Assembly: GCF_000737315.1 (NCBI RefSeq)
Contig: NZ_JMCB01000003.1
Coordinates: 144,001-206,000 of the forward strand
Direction of reading: 5' to 3'
Length of the DNA: 62,000 nucleotides
From: Hyalangium minutum
Lineage (GTDB): Bacteria; Myxococcota; Myxococcia; Myxococcales; Myxococcaceae
Part shown: positions 45,047 through 53,863 of the stretch, one piece after another
Numbering within the stretch: position 1 is the stretch's first letter
Layout: each line of letters begins with the position of its first letter
Position numbers and translations under genes: made by a program
The notes under the pieces: model-generated
What the model was told of the DNA's origin: nothing
The model's database searches: none
The model's input: the letters and a program-made list of their open reading frames with translations, nothing else

Positions 45047-45829
45047 TCACGAGATGGACGGCAGCCCGTCCTTGCGGTTCAGCGAGAAGTCGTGAGGCGT
45101 GGAGGGAGCCGGAGGAGGCTCGGGCAGCTGCGGCTCCGGTCGCGGCATGGGGACCGGCGCGTTGAGATCCCTGTACACGCGGCGGCCGAGGAAGGCCCCC
45201 AGCACCAGCGAGATGAACAGACCGATGCCGGACACCAGGGTCATGATCGTCCGCCCCTGGGCCAGTCCACTCCCGAACTGCACGATGAGGAACGTGCCGG
45301 GCAGAGTGCCGACCATGATTCCCGCGATGGACGGCCAGAAGCGCGCCCCCGAGGCCGCCGCCGCCGCCAGCATCATGTCCGTGGGCAGCAGCGGGTTGAT
45401 GCAGGTGAGCAGGGCAAACTGGAAGTCATGCTTGCTCGCGGCGCGGGACAGCGCCTCGTAGTGCTCGCCGGCCAGGCGCTTCATCGGCCGTACGCCCAGC
45501 TTCCGGGCAATCCCGAACACCACGGTCGACGCCAGGAAGCTCCCGATCAGCGCATAGACCGTGCCCATCAGCGTGCCGAACACCATGCCGCCTACTGCGG
45601 CGAACAGCGTGCCCGGCAAGAGCGTCAGCGGGCGGAGGGCCAGGGCAAACAGGTACGCGAACGGGGCGGCCTTGCCCATGGGCTCAATGAAGTCGCGGAG
45701 CTGGCGCTGGTCGATGACATCCGGTCCCAGCAACCTCAGCAGCAGCAACCCGCCAATGGACGCCCCCACGGGTGCCAGGACGCGCAGCCACTTCTTCACC
45801 CCGCCTTTCACGCTCCACCTCCCCGACAT
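45047..45829 (-). CDS. TVP38/TMEM64 (DedA/SNARE-associated) family membrane protein
   Basis: LLPGTLFAAVGGMVFG, INPLLP, GTLPGT. Confidence 0.85.
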   Translation of the reverse strand: MSGRWSVKGGVKKWLRVLAPVGASIGGLLLLRLLGPDVIDQRQLRDFIEPMGKAAPFAYLFALALRPLTLLPGTLFAAVGGMVFGTLMGTVYALIGSFLASTVVFGIARKLGVRPMKRLAGEHYEALSRAASKHDFQFALLTCINPLLPTDMMLAAAAASGARFWPSIAGIMVGTLPGTFLIVQFGSGLAQGRTIMTLVSGIGLFISLVLGAFLGRRVYRDLNAPVPMPRPEPQLPEPPPAPSTPHDFSLNRKDGLPSIS

Positions 45830-46113
45830 GGACCGACACAAGTGCCCGCCAGAAGGTGCTCCTTGTTAGGGAAGAAGCAATAGAGGCCCGGATGTTCTCA
45901 ACACAGAAGCATCCTGCCGGGCAGGCATCAGCTCGGCCAGGACGCCTAGCAAGCCTGACAACCTCTCGTAATCATTGGGATTTGAGTGCGGTTTGTCGGG
46001 TGGTGACGGCTGGCGGTGTACGGAGCTTGCTTGCATCGGGGCGCTTCCGTCCCAAGGTTTCAGGCAAGGGGCACCGTGCGAGGCGTCGGGCAGTAACGAG
46101 AGGAGATGGCGAT

Positions 46114-46551
46114 ATGTCGGACAAGGACAACAAGGGCAGCATGACGGTGGCGGAGGCGGGGCGTAAGGGTGGCGAGACCGTTCGCAACGAGCGAGGTCGT
46201 GAGTTCTACGAGACCATCGGTCGTAAGGGCGGTGCGACGGTCAAGGCCGAGCGGGGCCGCTCCTTCTACGAGGAGATTGGCCGCAAGGGCGGCGAGACCG
46301 TGAAGGCCGAGCGGGGCGCCAAGTTCTACGAGGAGATCGGCAAGAAGGGTGGCGACCGCGTGAAGGCCACCCGCGGGCCGAACTTCTACGAGGAGATTGG
46401 GCGCAAGGGTGGGCAGAAGGTGAAGAAGCTCATCGAGGAGGGCAAGCGCGCGGCCCGCGCGGCCATGGCCCAGTCGGAGAAGCCCGCCGAGGAGCCGGCC
46501 GCGCCTGCGGCCCCCGTGGCCGAAGAGGGCCAGGAGCCTCATCGCGAGTAG
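46114..46551 (+). CDS. KGG-repeat general stress protein (YciG/Con-10-like)
   Basis: MTVAEAGRKGG followed by four FYExIGR/KKGG units; GAGGAG upstream. Confidence 0.85.
   Translation: MSDKDNKGSMTVAEAGRKGGETVRNERGREFYETIGRKGGATVKAERGRSFYEEIGRKGGETVKAERGAKFYEEIGKKGGDRVKATRGPNFYEEIGRKGGQKVKKLIEEGKRAARAAMAQSEKPAEEPAAPAAPVAEEGQEPHRE
46195..46434 (+). repeat. Four 60-bp (20-aa) coding tandem repeats
   Basis: TTCTACGAG recurs at a 60-nt period near 46204, 46264, 46324 and 46384. Confidence 0.9.
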
Positions 46552-46590
46552 CTGCGTGACGCAGGGACACGGACCCGGTAAGAGGGGTGT

Positions 46591-46929
46591 GTGTTCCTCG
46601 TCATCACGCTGCTGGACCAGGTAGAGCAGCTCGAGCGGGCGATCCGCCGGCTCCGGGATTTTGGAATTCCGGAGCCGCTGGTGGTCCGTGCTCGGAGCGC
46701 GGCGGCCGCCCTGTCGGCCGAGGTGCCTGTCTTCGCGGGCCTGCGCAGTCTGGCGCTGGGCGCGGACGAGGATCGGCTTCTGCTCTTGAGCTTGCTGCCT
46801 CAGCCCAGCGCGGAGGAAGCCGAGCGGCTGATCCAGCGCGTCCAGTTGGAGATGGACGCGGACGAGCCCCCCATGGGGCGGCTGGTGGCGCTGCCGGTGA
46901 TCGCGGCCCCGCTCTTTCGCCGACCGTGA
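46591..46929 (+). CDS. P-II-like (GlnB-fold) protein
   Basis: FLVITLL-helix-FGI-strand-loop-VPVFAGLR-LLLSLL-helix-GRLVALPV pattern, 112 aa. Confidence 0.6.
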   Translation: MFLVITLLDQVEQLERAIRRLRDFGIPEPLVVRARSAAAALSAEVPVFAGLRSLALGADEDRLLLLSLLPQPSAEEAERLIQRVQLEMDADEPPMGRLVALPVIAAPLFRRP

Positions 46930-46962
46930 CGAGGGCGCCCGGGCGGTGTAAGCACGGGAGCC

Positions 46963-48165
46963 ATGCAGGCGCTGCTCGTCTTCCTCGCCATCGCGGCGCT
47001 CTCATTGCTTGCTTCAAGCCGGATCCTGCTGGATCCCAGCCGGTTGCCCGGTGTGGCCCAGCTGGCGGCCAGCGGGCTCACTTTCCTCGTCTTCGGTATC
47101 CTGCTGGGGCCGGGGCTCGTGGGTGTGCTTTCCCCGGTGGATCTCCAGGGGCTCCTGCCCGTGGTGTCCCTGGGGCTCGGCACGGCCGGCGTCATTCTGG
47201 GGCTGAACCTGGAGCCACGGCTCTTGCGGCGGCTGCCCCGGCCGGTGTTCTTCGCCGCCCTGGCTCACTCCGGGGTGGCTTTTCTTTTTGTCGCGGTGCC
47301 GCTGTCGGGCGCCATGCTGGTGACCACCCGGCTGCCCTTCGCGGCGGTGGTGGGCGGCGCGGCGCTGCTGGGCGCGGCGGCCAGCTTGTCCTCTGGCCAC
47401 TTCGCGGTGATGGGCTACCGGAGCGGGCGGATGGAGCGCTCGCGCGGGCTGGCCGTGGCGCTGCTGACCATGCTGGATGACGGGGTGGGGCTGATGGTGC
47501 TGGCCTTGGCCCTGGTGCTGGGCGCGGGGGCCAGCGTGGCCGAGGGCGTGGGGTTGGTGGCCCTGGCGCTCCTGCTGGGCGTAATGTGCGGCGCGCTGAT
47601 CGCTTTCCTCACGTATGCACTGAAGGACGTGGCCGAGCTGACGGCGGTGATGCTGGGCGGCGTGGCGCTGGTAGGCGGCGCGGCGGCGTACCTGCGCGTG
47701 TCAGCGCTGCTGGCGGGCGTGGCCTGCGGGGCGACGCTGGCGCTGGTGGGCGGCCGGGCGGTGGAGCAGGTGGCGCGGGCGCTCGGGCGCTTCGAGCGGC
47801 CCACCTATTTGATGATGGTGTTCCTCGCGGGCTGCTTCGTGCAGGCGCGCGACGTGGACGCGTGGGTGCTGCTGCCGGGGTACGTGGCGCTGCGGTTCCT
47901 CGGGAAGGTGTGGGGCGGCTCGCTGGCGCAGCGCTTCGCGGCGAACACGCTGGATCTGCCCTCTCAGCTCGGCTTCGCGCTCATTGCCCAGGGTGGGCTG
48001 GCGCTGTGCCTGGTGGTCCAGTACCTGCTGCTGGTGCCTGGGCCGCTGTCGCAGCACATCTTCGACGTGGTGGCCCTGGGCGCGGTGGTGAACGAGGTGC
48101 TGGCGAGCCGGGCCTTCCGGCAGGTGCTCGATCCGCACAGGCGGGCCCGGGAGGGCACGGCATGA
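46963..48165 (+). CDS. Cation/proton antiporter (CPA2-like), subunit A
   Basis: About 12 TM; MLDD and LRFLGK motifs; no KTN domain. Confidence 0.8.
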   Translation: MQALLVFLAIAALSLLASSRILLDPSRLPGVAQLAASGLTFLVFGILLGPGLVGVLSPVDLQGLLPVVSLGLGTAGVILGLNLEPRLLRRLPRPVFFAALAHSGVAFLFVAVPLSGAMLVTTRLPFAAVVGGAALLGAAASLSSGHFAVMGYRSGRMERSRGLAVALLTMLDDGVGLMVLALALVLGAGASVAEGVGLVALALLLGVMCGALIAFLTYALKDVAELTAVMLGGVALVGGAAAYLRVSALLAGVACGATLALVGGRAVEQVARALGRFERPTYLMMVFLAGCFVQARDVDAWVLLPGYVALRFLGKVWGGSLAQRFAANTLDLPSQLGFALIAQGGLALCLVVQYLLLVPGPLSQHIFDVVALGAVVNEVLASRAFRQVLDPHRRAREGTA

Positions 48166-49460
48166 AGGGCGCGATCATCCGCTTGGGGCTGCTGGTCATG
48201 CTGCTGGCGGGCATCTCCCGGGTCCAGGAGTGGCGCGTGGACACCGGCAACTCGGTGATGCTGGCGGCCGGGGCGCTGCTGTTGTGCGGGCTGTTCGCGG
48301 GCAAGGTGGCCAAGGGCGTGGGGCTCCCGCGCCTCACGGGCTATTTGCTGGTGGGCGTGGTGGTGGGGCCCTACGCGCTGGGCTTCATCCCCGGCGAGGG
48401 CGTGAAGGGGCTGGAACTGGTGAAGGGGCTGGCGGTGAGCCTCATCGCCCTGGTGGCGGGCACGGAGCTGCACCTGGGGCTCATCCGCCGGGTGGGCACG
48501 AAGGTGGCCCTGCTGTGCACTGCCGTGTGCGGGGTGACGTTCGCGGTGTGCTTCGGGGCGCTGTTCGCGCTCAGGCCGCTGCTGCCCTTCCTCGCGTCCA
48601 TGACGGTGCCGCAGGCCCTGGCCACGAGCGCCCTGGTGTCCACCGTGGTGGTGTCCTTCTCGCCCACGGTGACGATCGCCATCGTCCAGGAGACCTCGGC
48701 GCGCGGCCCCTTCACCGAGTTCCTCATGGCCCTGGTCATCATCGGCGACCTGTTCGTCATGGTGGCCTTCGCGCTGGCGGCCGGTGTCACCCGCGCCAGC
48801 TTCGGCGGGGGCTTCGATCTCAAGGGGCTGCTGGGCGGGGTGGGGTGGGAGCTGTTCGGCTCGGTGGGGGTGGGGGCGCTGCTGGCGGTGGCGATGCTCA
48901 TCTACATGCGCCGGGTGAACCGGGAGCTGCCGCTGTTCCTGGTGGCCCTGTGCTTCGCGGCGGCCGAGGGCGGTGCACGGCTGCACTTGTCCCCGCTGCT
49001 GGTGTCGCTGTCGGCCGGGGCATTGATCGCCAACCTGGACGAGCGCGAGAGCCAGCGCATCCACCACGCCATCCAGATGGCGGGCCTGCCCGTGTTCGCG
49101 CTCTTCTTCGCGGCGGCGGGCGCGGGGTTGAAGCTGTCCACGCTGGTGACAGTGGGGCCGGCGGCGCTGCTGCTGGTGGCGCTGCGGGCGCTGGCCATCC
49201 ACCAGTCCTGCCGCCGCTTCGCGCCCGTCGAGGACCCCCGGCTGCGGCGCTACCTGTGGATGGGGCTCATCTCCCAGGCGGGCGTCACTTTCGGGCTGGC
49301 GGCGCTCATCTCGCGGACCTTCCCAAGTTTTGGGCCCCAAGTGGAGGTGCTCATCGTCGCGATGATTACCACCCACGAACTGGTGGGCCCCGTGCTTACC
49401 CGCCGGGCACTGGAGCGCAGTGGGGAAGCGCGAGGGGACGAACGCCCGCAGACAGCGTAA
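48162..49460 (+). CDS. Cation/proton antiporter (CPA2-like), subunit B (start ATG 48162)
   Basis: GLPRLTGYLLVGVVVGP, IIGD, LRAL, LISQAGV; ATGA overlap with subunit A. Confidence 0.82.
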   Translation: MKGAIIRLGLLVMLLAGISRVQEWRVDTGNSVMLAAGALLLCGLFAGKVAKGVGLPRLTGYLLVGVVVGPYALGFIPGEGVKGLELVKGLAVSLIALVAGTELHLGLIRRVGTKVALLCTAVCGVTFAVCFGALFALRPLLPFLASMTVPQALATSALVSTVVVSFSPTVTIAIVQETSARGPFTEFLMALVIIGDLFVMVAFALAAGVTRASFGGGFDLKGLLGGVGWELFGSVGVGALLAVAMLIYMRRVNRELPLFLVALCFAAAEGGARLHLSPLLVSLSAGALIANLDERESQRIHHAIQMAGLPVFALFFAAAGAGLKLSTLVTVGPAALLLVALRALAIHQSCRRFAPVEDPRLRRYLWMGLISQAGVTFGLAALISRTFPSFGPQVEVLIVAMITTHELVGPVLTRRALERSGEARGDERPQTA

Positions 49461-49484
49461 GCTAGGCGTTTCAGGAGAACCGGC

Positions 49485-50096
49485 TTGGCAGCGCCCATCA
49501 TCGAAGTAGACATTCAACACCCCCAGCCTCGGCATATTGCACGCGCAGTGCAGGTCCTCGAGCGTGGGGGCGTCATCGCCTATCCCACCGACACGTACTA
49601 CGGCCTGGGGTGCGACCTGATGTCGAAGAAGGCCATCGAGCGGCTGTACCAGCTCAAGGGGCGCGACAAGAAGAAGCCGCTGTCGTTCCTGTGCCCGGAC
49701 CTGTCGGACGTGGCGAAGTACGGGCACGTGAGCAACTTCGCCTACCGGACCATGAAGGGGCTGACGCCGGGAGCCTTCACGTTCATCCTCGAGGCCACCC
49801 GCGTGGTGCCCGAGATCATGATGTCGAAGCAGAAGCAGGTGGGCATCCGCGTGCCGGATGCGCCGCTGGCCCGGGCGCTGGCCGCGGGGCTGGGCCGGCC
49901 GATCATCACCACCTCGGCCAGCGACAGCGAGGGCGAACCTCTCATCGACGCCAAGGACATCAAGGAGAAGCTCGGACACGGATTGGATCTGATCCTCGAC
50001 GGAGGCGTGACGCTCATGGAGCCGTCCACGGTGGTGTCGCTGATTGGCGACTCGCTGGAAATCCTCCGCGAGGGCAAGGGCCGGCTGGACGCCTAG
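49485..50096 (+). CDS. Sua5/YciO/YrdC family protein (YciO-like)
   Basis: AYPTDTYYGLGC, PGAFTFIL, GIRVPD, IITTSA, PSTVV; TTG start with AGGAG RBS. Confidence 0.88.
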   Translation: MAAPIIEVDIQHPQPRHIARAVQVLERGGVIAYPTDTYYGLGCDLMSKKAIERLYQLKGRDKKKPLSFLCPDLSDVAKYGHVSNFAYRTMKGLTPGAFTFILEATRVVPEIMMSKQKQVGIRVPDAPLARALAAGLGRPIITTSASDSEGEPLIDAKDIKEKLGHGLDLILDGGVTLMEPSTVVSLIGDSLEILREGKGRLDA

Positions 50097-50145
50097 GGGC
50101 AGGGGGAACGGCTTGGTCGATCTGCATGGCTCGCACGAGGCGTCA

Positions 50146-51132
50146 ATGGATGCGCCGGAGCGCATCCCCGGGATGCTCTCGCTGTTCTGGATGCTGCTGT
50201 GGCGGCCGGTGGATCTGCACTACCGGCTGCATGGCGCGGGCATCCGGGCCCCGGGCGGGCGTGTGGGGCAGCTCTGGCACGAGCAGGCCGAGGGCAGCCG
50301 CGCCGCGGGCCGCTATGTGCGGCGGATGATGATGTTGCTGCTGCTCATCTCTCCGTTGGTCACCTTCATCCTGGGCGTCGGAGTGCATGGCCTGGGGCTG
50401 ACGATGGCGCCTGGGTGGCTGGTGAGCGCGGTGCTGTGCTCGGTGATGGGGTTGTTCATTGCGCTCACCACGGGGCTGGCGGCTGGGACGTTGATGGGGC
50501 TGCTGGCCAGCCAGGCCATGGTGGTGGGCCTGCATGCGGTGGTGGGAGAGGCGTTCGGGCCTCGCATGGGAGGGTGGGCCGGCGTCGTCATGGGCGGATG
50601 CCTGGGGTTGGTGGGAGGGCTGTGCGCGGGCAGCATCGGCGCGCTCTCGCGCGGCCAGGGCCTGTCGATCAACCGCGTCCAGGTGGGCGCCATCGTGCTG
50701 AGCCTGGTGCCGATGACGGTGTGGGGACTGGGTGGGGCGTGGGGGTTCGGGGGCGCCGTGGCGGCGAGCGCGCTGGTGGCGTACCTGGTGGCTGCGTTCC
50801 GGCTGCCCATCTTCCTGTTGGAATCCGTGGTGCAGGCGGTGGTCTTCGCCCTGGAGCGGTGGATGGGCTGGGCCACGCTGCGGTGGGCTCCCATCAATCA
50901 CCACAACCTGAGCTACCTGCCATACCCCTTCCTGGCCGAGCACATGACGCTGGCGGCCCGCACGCGGCCCATGGAAGTGTTGGATGTGGCCAACGCGTGC
51001 CTGAAGTCTCCGGGCAACGCCCTGCTGGGGTGGCCCTGGGTGTTGGCGGCGCTGGCGCAGGCCGAGGAGGCGGCAGCGGCGGCAGCGGCGGCGCATCAAG
51101 CGCACGAAGAGGGGCCTCCCGAGGCGCCGTGA
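50146..51132 (+). CDS. Hypothetical polytopic membrane protein
   Basis: Six to seven Gly-rich hydrophobic helices; GC3-biased codons. Confidence 0.6.
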   Translation: MDAPERIPGMLSLFWMLLWRPVDLHYRLHGAGIRAPGGRVGQLWHEQAEGSRAAGRYVRRMMMLLLLISPLVTFILGVGVHGLGLTMAPGWLVSAVLCSVMGLFIALTTGLAAGTLMGLLASQAMVVGLHAVVGEAFGPRMGGWAGVVMGGCLGLVGGLCAGSIGALSRGQGLSINRVQVGAIVLSLVPMTVWGLGGAWGFGGAVAASALVAYLVAAFRLPIFLLESVVQAVVFALERWMGWATLRWAPINHHNLSYLPYPFLAEHMTLAARTRPMEVLDVANACLKSPGNALLGWPWVLAALAQAEEAAAAAAAAHQAHEEGPPEAP

Positions 51133-51168
51133 GGTTGCCAAGGCGCGCTGCTCCGCTACCCTGACGCC

Positions 51169-52110
51169 ATGGAAGGGCTGCTCGATGCATTCATCGCCTT
51201 CATCCGTGCCGAGCGCGGACTGTCCGGCAAGACGGTGGACGCCTACGCCGCGGACCTCACGGTGTACTTCGAGGATCTGCGTGCGCGCGGCATCCTCGAT
51301 GTGGCGCGGATGACCAAGGAGGACGTGGTCGAGCACTTGCGGCGGCTTGGGCAGCGCGGCCTGTCGAGGCGCAGCCAGGCGCGGCACCTGGCGGCCGTGC
51401 GGGGCTTCCACCGGTTCCTGATCGCGGAGAAGCTGGCGGAGAAGGATCCCACCGAGGACATGGACACGCCTCGGTCCGAGCGCAAGCTGCCGTCCTTCCT
51501 CACGCTGGAAGAGGTGGAGCAGCTGCTGGCAGCGCCGGACGAGCGCCATCCCGAGGGCCTCCGGGACAAGGCGATGCTGGAGCTGCTGTACGCCACGGGC
51601 CTGCGCGTGAGCGAGCTGTGTGGCCTGGGCATCAACGACGTGCAGCTGGGGGCGGGCTACCTGGTGGCAAAGGGCAAGGGCTCGAAGGAGCGTGTCGTCC
51701 CGGTGGGCAGCAAGGCGGTGGAGAAGGTCCAGGAGTACCTGGAGGGGACGCGGCAGCTGCTGCTGAAGCAGAGCGACTCGCGGGCCCTCTTCGTGACGCG
51801 CCGGGGCGGCCCCTTCACGCGCATGGGCTTTTGGAAGCTGCTCAAGCGCTACGCTCTCAAGGCGGGCATCCGCAAGCCGCTGTCGCCCCACAAGCTGAGG
51901 CACTCGTTCGCCACCCACCTCGTGGAGCGAGGGGCGGATCTGCGAGCGGTCCAGGCCATGCTCGGCCATGCGGATCTGGCCACCACGCAGATCTATACGC
52001 ACGTGAACAGCGCCCGGCTTCGTGCCGTGTACGATCAGCACCACCCTCGGAGCGACTCTGCTCCGCCTGTGCCTCGCCCGAAGAGACGCCGGGCCGAGGC
52101 TGGGGGCTGA
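51169..52110 (+). CDS. xerD: Tyrosine recombinase XerD
   Basis: LRDKAMLELLYATGLRVSEL, KGKGSKER, SPHKLRHSFATHL, MLGHADLATTQIYTHV. Confidence 0.92.
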   Translation: MEGLLDAFIAFIRAERGLSGKTVDAYAADLTVYFEDLRARGILDVARMTKEDVVEHLRRLGQRGLSRRSQARHLAAVRGFHRFLIAEKLAEKDPTEDMDTPRSERKLPSFLTLEEVEQLLAAPDERHPEGLRDKAMLELLYATGLRVSELCGLGINDVQLGAGYLVAKGKGSKERVVPVGSKAVEKVQEYLEGTRQLLLKQSDSRALFVTRRGGPFTRMGFWKLLKRYALKAGIRKPLSPHKLRHSFATHLVERGADLRAVQAMLGHADLATTQIYTHVNSARLRAVYDQHHPRSDSAPPVPRPKRRRAEAGG

Positions 52111-52163
52111 AATTCCCCGGGCAGGAGGTTTGAGGAAGGCCCAGGTGCATCTACTCTGGGGAG

Positions 52164-52985
52164 GTGACTTCCCGCCTCTTGCGTTTGCCAGCCTCGGGCC
52201 GGCTTCTGGCCGCCACGGACATCCAGGGCAACCTGCGGGATTTTCAGCGCATGCTGGCCCTCTTCGAGGAGTCTCCGCACGATAGCGTCCTCGTCTTCAC
52301 CGGGGATCTGATCCACGGCCCGGACGAGTACACGGAGGACCACTGGCCGGACTACCTCGGCACGCCCTACAAGGATGAGTCCCCGGAGGTGGTGCGGCTG
52401 CTGGCGGAGGCGCAGGCGCGTTACCCCGGCCGGGTGCACAGCCTGCTGGGCAACCACGAGCACTCGCACGTGGGCGGCCCGCGCACCGCCAAGTTCCACC
52501 ACGACGAGGCCCAAGCGCTTGAGGAGCGCATGAGCCCCGAGGACGCCGAGTCCATGCGCGCGCTCTTCCGCCAGTTCCCGCTGGTGGCCGCCGCGCCCAA
52601 CGGCGTGGTGCTGCTGCACGCCTCGCCCTCCGCGACGCTGAACCACGTCGATGAGTTCAAGTCCGTGGAGTTGGAGGGCTATGCTCATATGGGCATCGAA
52701 GAGTTCTTCCACATCCCCGTGCTCGGGGCGACGCTGTGGAGCCGCATGGCGCTGCCTGAGCAGGCCCGTGCCTTCCTGAAGCCGCTGGGTGGCCGCATCG
52801 CCATCTATGGCCACGACGTGGTGCGCGAGGGCTACGAGAAGGTGGGGGACGAGCAGCTCTGCGTCTCCACGAGCTTTGCCCTCTTCGACAAGGACAAGGT
52901 CTACGTGGAGCTGGATCTCTCCAAGACCTATCCCAATGTGCACGCCCTGCGGGACGGTGTGGAACTCAAGAGGCTCCACGGCTGA
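52164..52985 (+). CDS. PPP-type metallophosphoesterase
   Basis: TDIQG, GDLIHG, LGNHE, LHAS, GHD. Confidence 0.85.
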   Translation: MTSRLLRLPASGRLLAATDIQGNLRDFQRMLALFEESPHDSVLVFTGDLIHGPDEYTEDHWPDYLGTPYKDESPEVVRLLAEAQARYPGRVHSLLGNHEHSHVGGPRTAKFHHDEAQALEERMSPEDAESMRALFRQFPLVAAAPNGVVLLHASPSATLNHVDEFKSVELEGYAHMGIEEFFHIPVLGATLWSRMALPEQARAFLKPLGGRIAIYGHDVVREGYEKVGDEQLCVSTSFALFDKDKVYVELDLSKTYPNVHALRDGVELKRLHG

Positions 52986-53047
52986 GCTCATTGCAAGGAA
53001 TGGCCTCCCGGACGCAGGGACTGCGAGGCGTGCTATGGTCCCGTTCC

Positions 53048-53863
53048 ATGCAGCGCTCGATCCTCTCTTGGCAGGGCTTTTCGGTGCTCGCCGCTGCTAT
53101 CACACTGGAGTGCACGCCCTCCGGTGTCATCAGGCCCGACGAGGAGACGCAAGATCCCGACATCGTACGGCCTTCTTCTAGAGAGTCACGCTTGGAAACA
53201 CTTCCAGGACCGATGCTCGGCCCATTTGACTCCTACACCACTGCGCTTGAAACCGCCTGCGAGCACTTTCTAAAGAAACCCCATTCGAGCGCCGGACGTA
53301 AACCGCCCTCCACAGCCCTCCGTGAGGAGCAAGTTGCCTTTGAGCTGCGCTGGCGGGTATCCAAAGAGTATTGCGCCTGGATGTATTATACCCCCGATGG
53401 CAAATACAAGATAAGCAAACTGACAGACGTCACGAAGTCCAACGCCTTCGGGAAGAAGGTGAACTGCCTCATTCCTTCGAAAGTAGAGGACCGTGATTAC
53501 CCATCAGACAGCATCAAATACGTCTTTCTCCTCCACAGCCACCCATACGACACACCCATCTCCGAGGACGACATCCTCTTTCTCGAGCGTGAAGGAGAGC
53601 GACACGGCTTCGACCCCGAAACCCAGGACAGAAAAAAACTGAGAATTTCCATCGTCGCCTTTTTCTCGCACGACGACGGCGCCCCCGCTTGCGATGGCTT
53701 CTACATCTACTCGGCCCAAACCACTCGGATCTTCAAATGGACTCGCACCCAAGGCCATCTCGCCTGCGAGCAGACTCATGTTGTCGATTGGCGTGACTAT
53801 GACAACTTCGATCTGAGCATCACTTCGTCAGTGGCGCCCTGCCCGGGCAAGGGGACTCCATGA
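53048..53863 (+). CDS. Putative exported JAB/MPN-motif protein (possible toxin)
   Basis: Signal-like N-terminus ending ITLE-C; KEYC, HSHPYDTPISEDD; lower GC than the flanks. Confidence 0.6.
   Translation: MQRSILSWQGFSVLAAAITLECTPSGVIRPDEETQDPDIVRPSSRESRLETLPGPMLGPFDSYTTALETACEHFLKKPHSSAGRKPPSTALREEQVAFELRWRVSKEYCAWMYYTPDGKYKISKLTDVTKSNAFGKKVNCLIPSKVEDRDYPSDSIKYVFLLHSHPYDTPISEDDILFLEREGERHGFDPETQDRKKLRISIVAFFSHDDGAPACDGFYIYSAQTTRIFKWTRTQGHLACEQTHVVDWRDYDNFDLSITSSVAPCPGKGTP

Noticed and set aside
41733-45050. 1105-aa antisense ORF and the other long shadow ORFs (e.g. 39591-41726, 24776-26701, 47964-50165, 18944-21037)
   Set aside because: They are opposite-strand or alternate-frame shadows of well-supported genes, expected at about 70% GC, with no motifs of their own.
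46010-46045. Sigma54 promoter upstream of the KGG gene
   Set aside because: TTGC is present but the invariant GG at -24 is missing at the required spacing.
51169-52110. Tyrosine recombinase as an island integrase or integron integrase for the toxin cassettes
   Set aside because: The sequence has housekeeping XerD signatures, no IntI-specific insertion is evident, and I found no repeated attC-like sites between cassettes.
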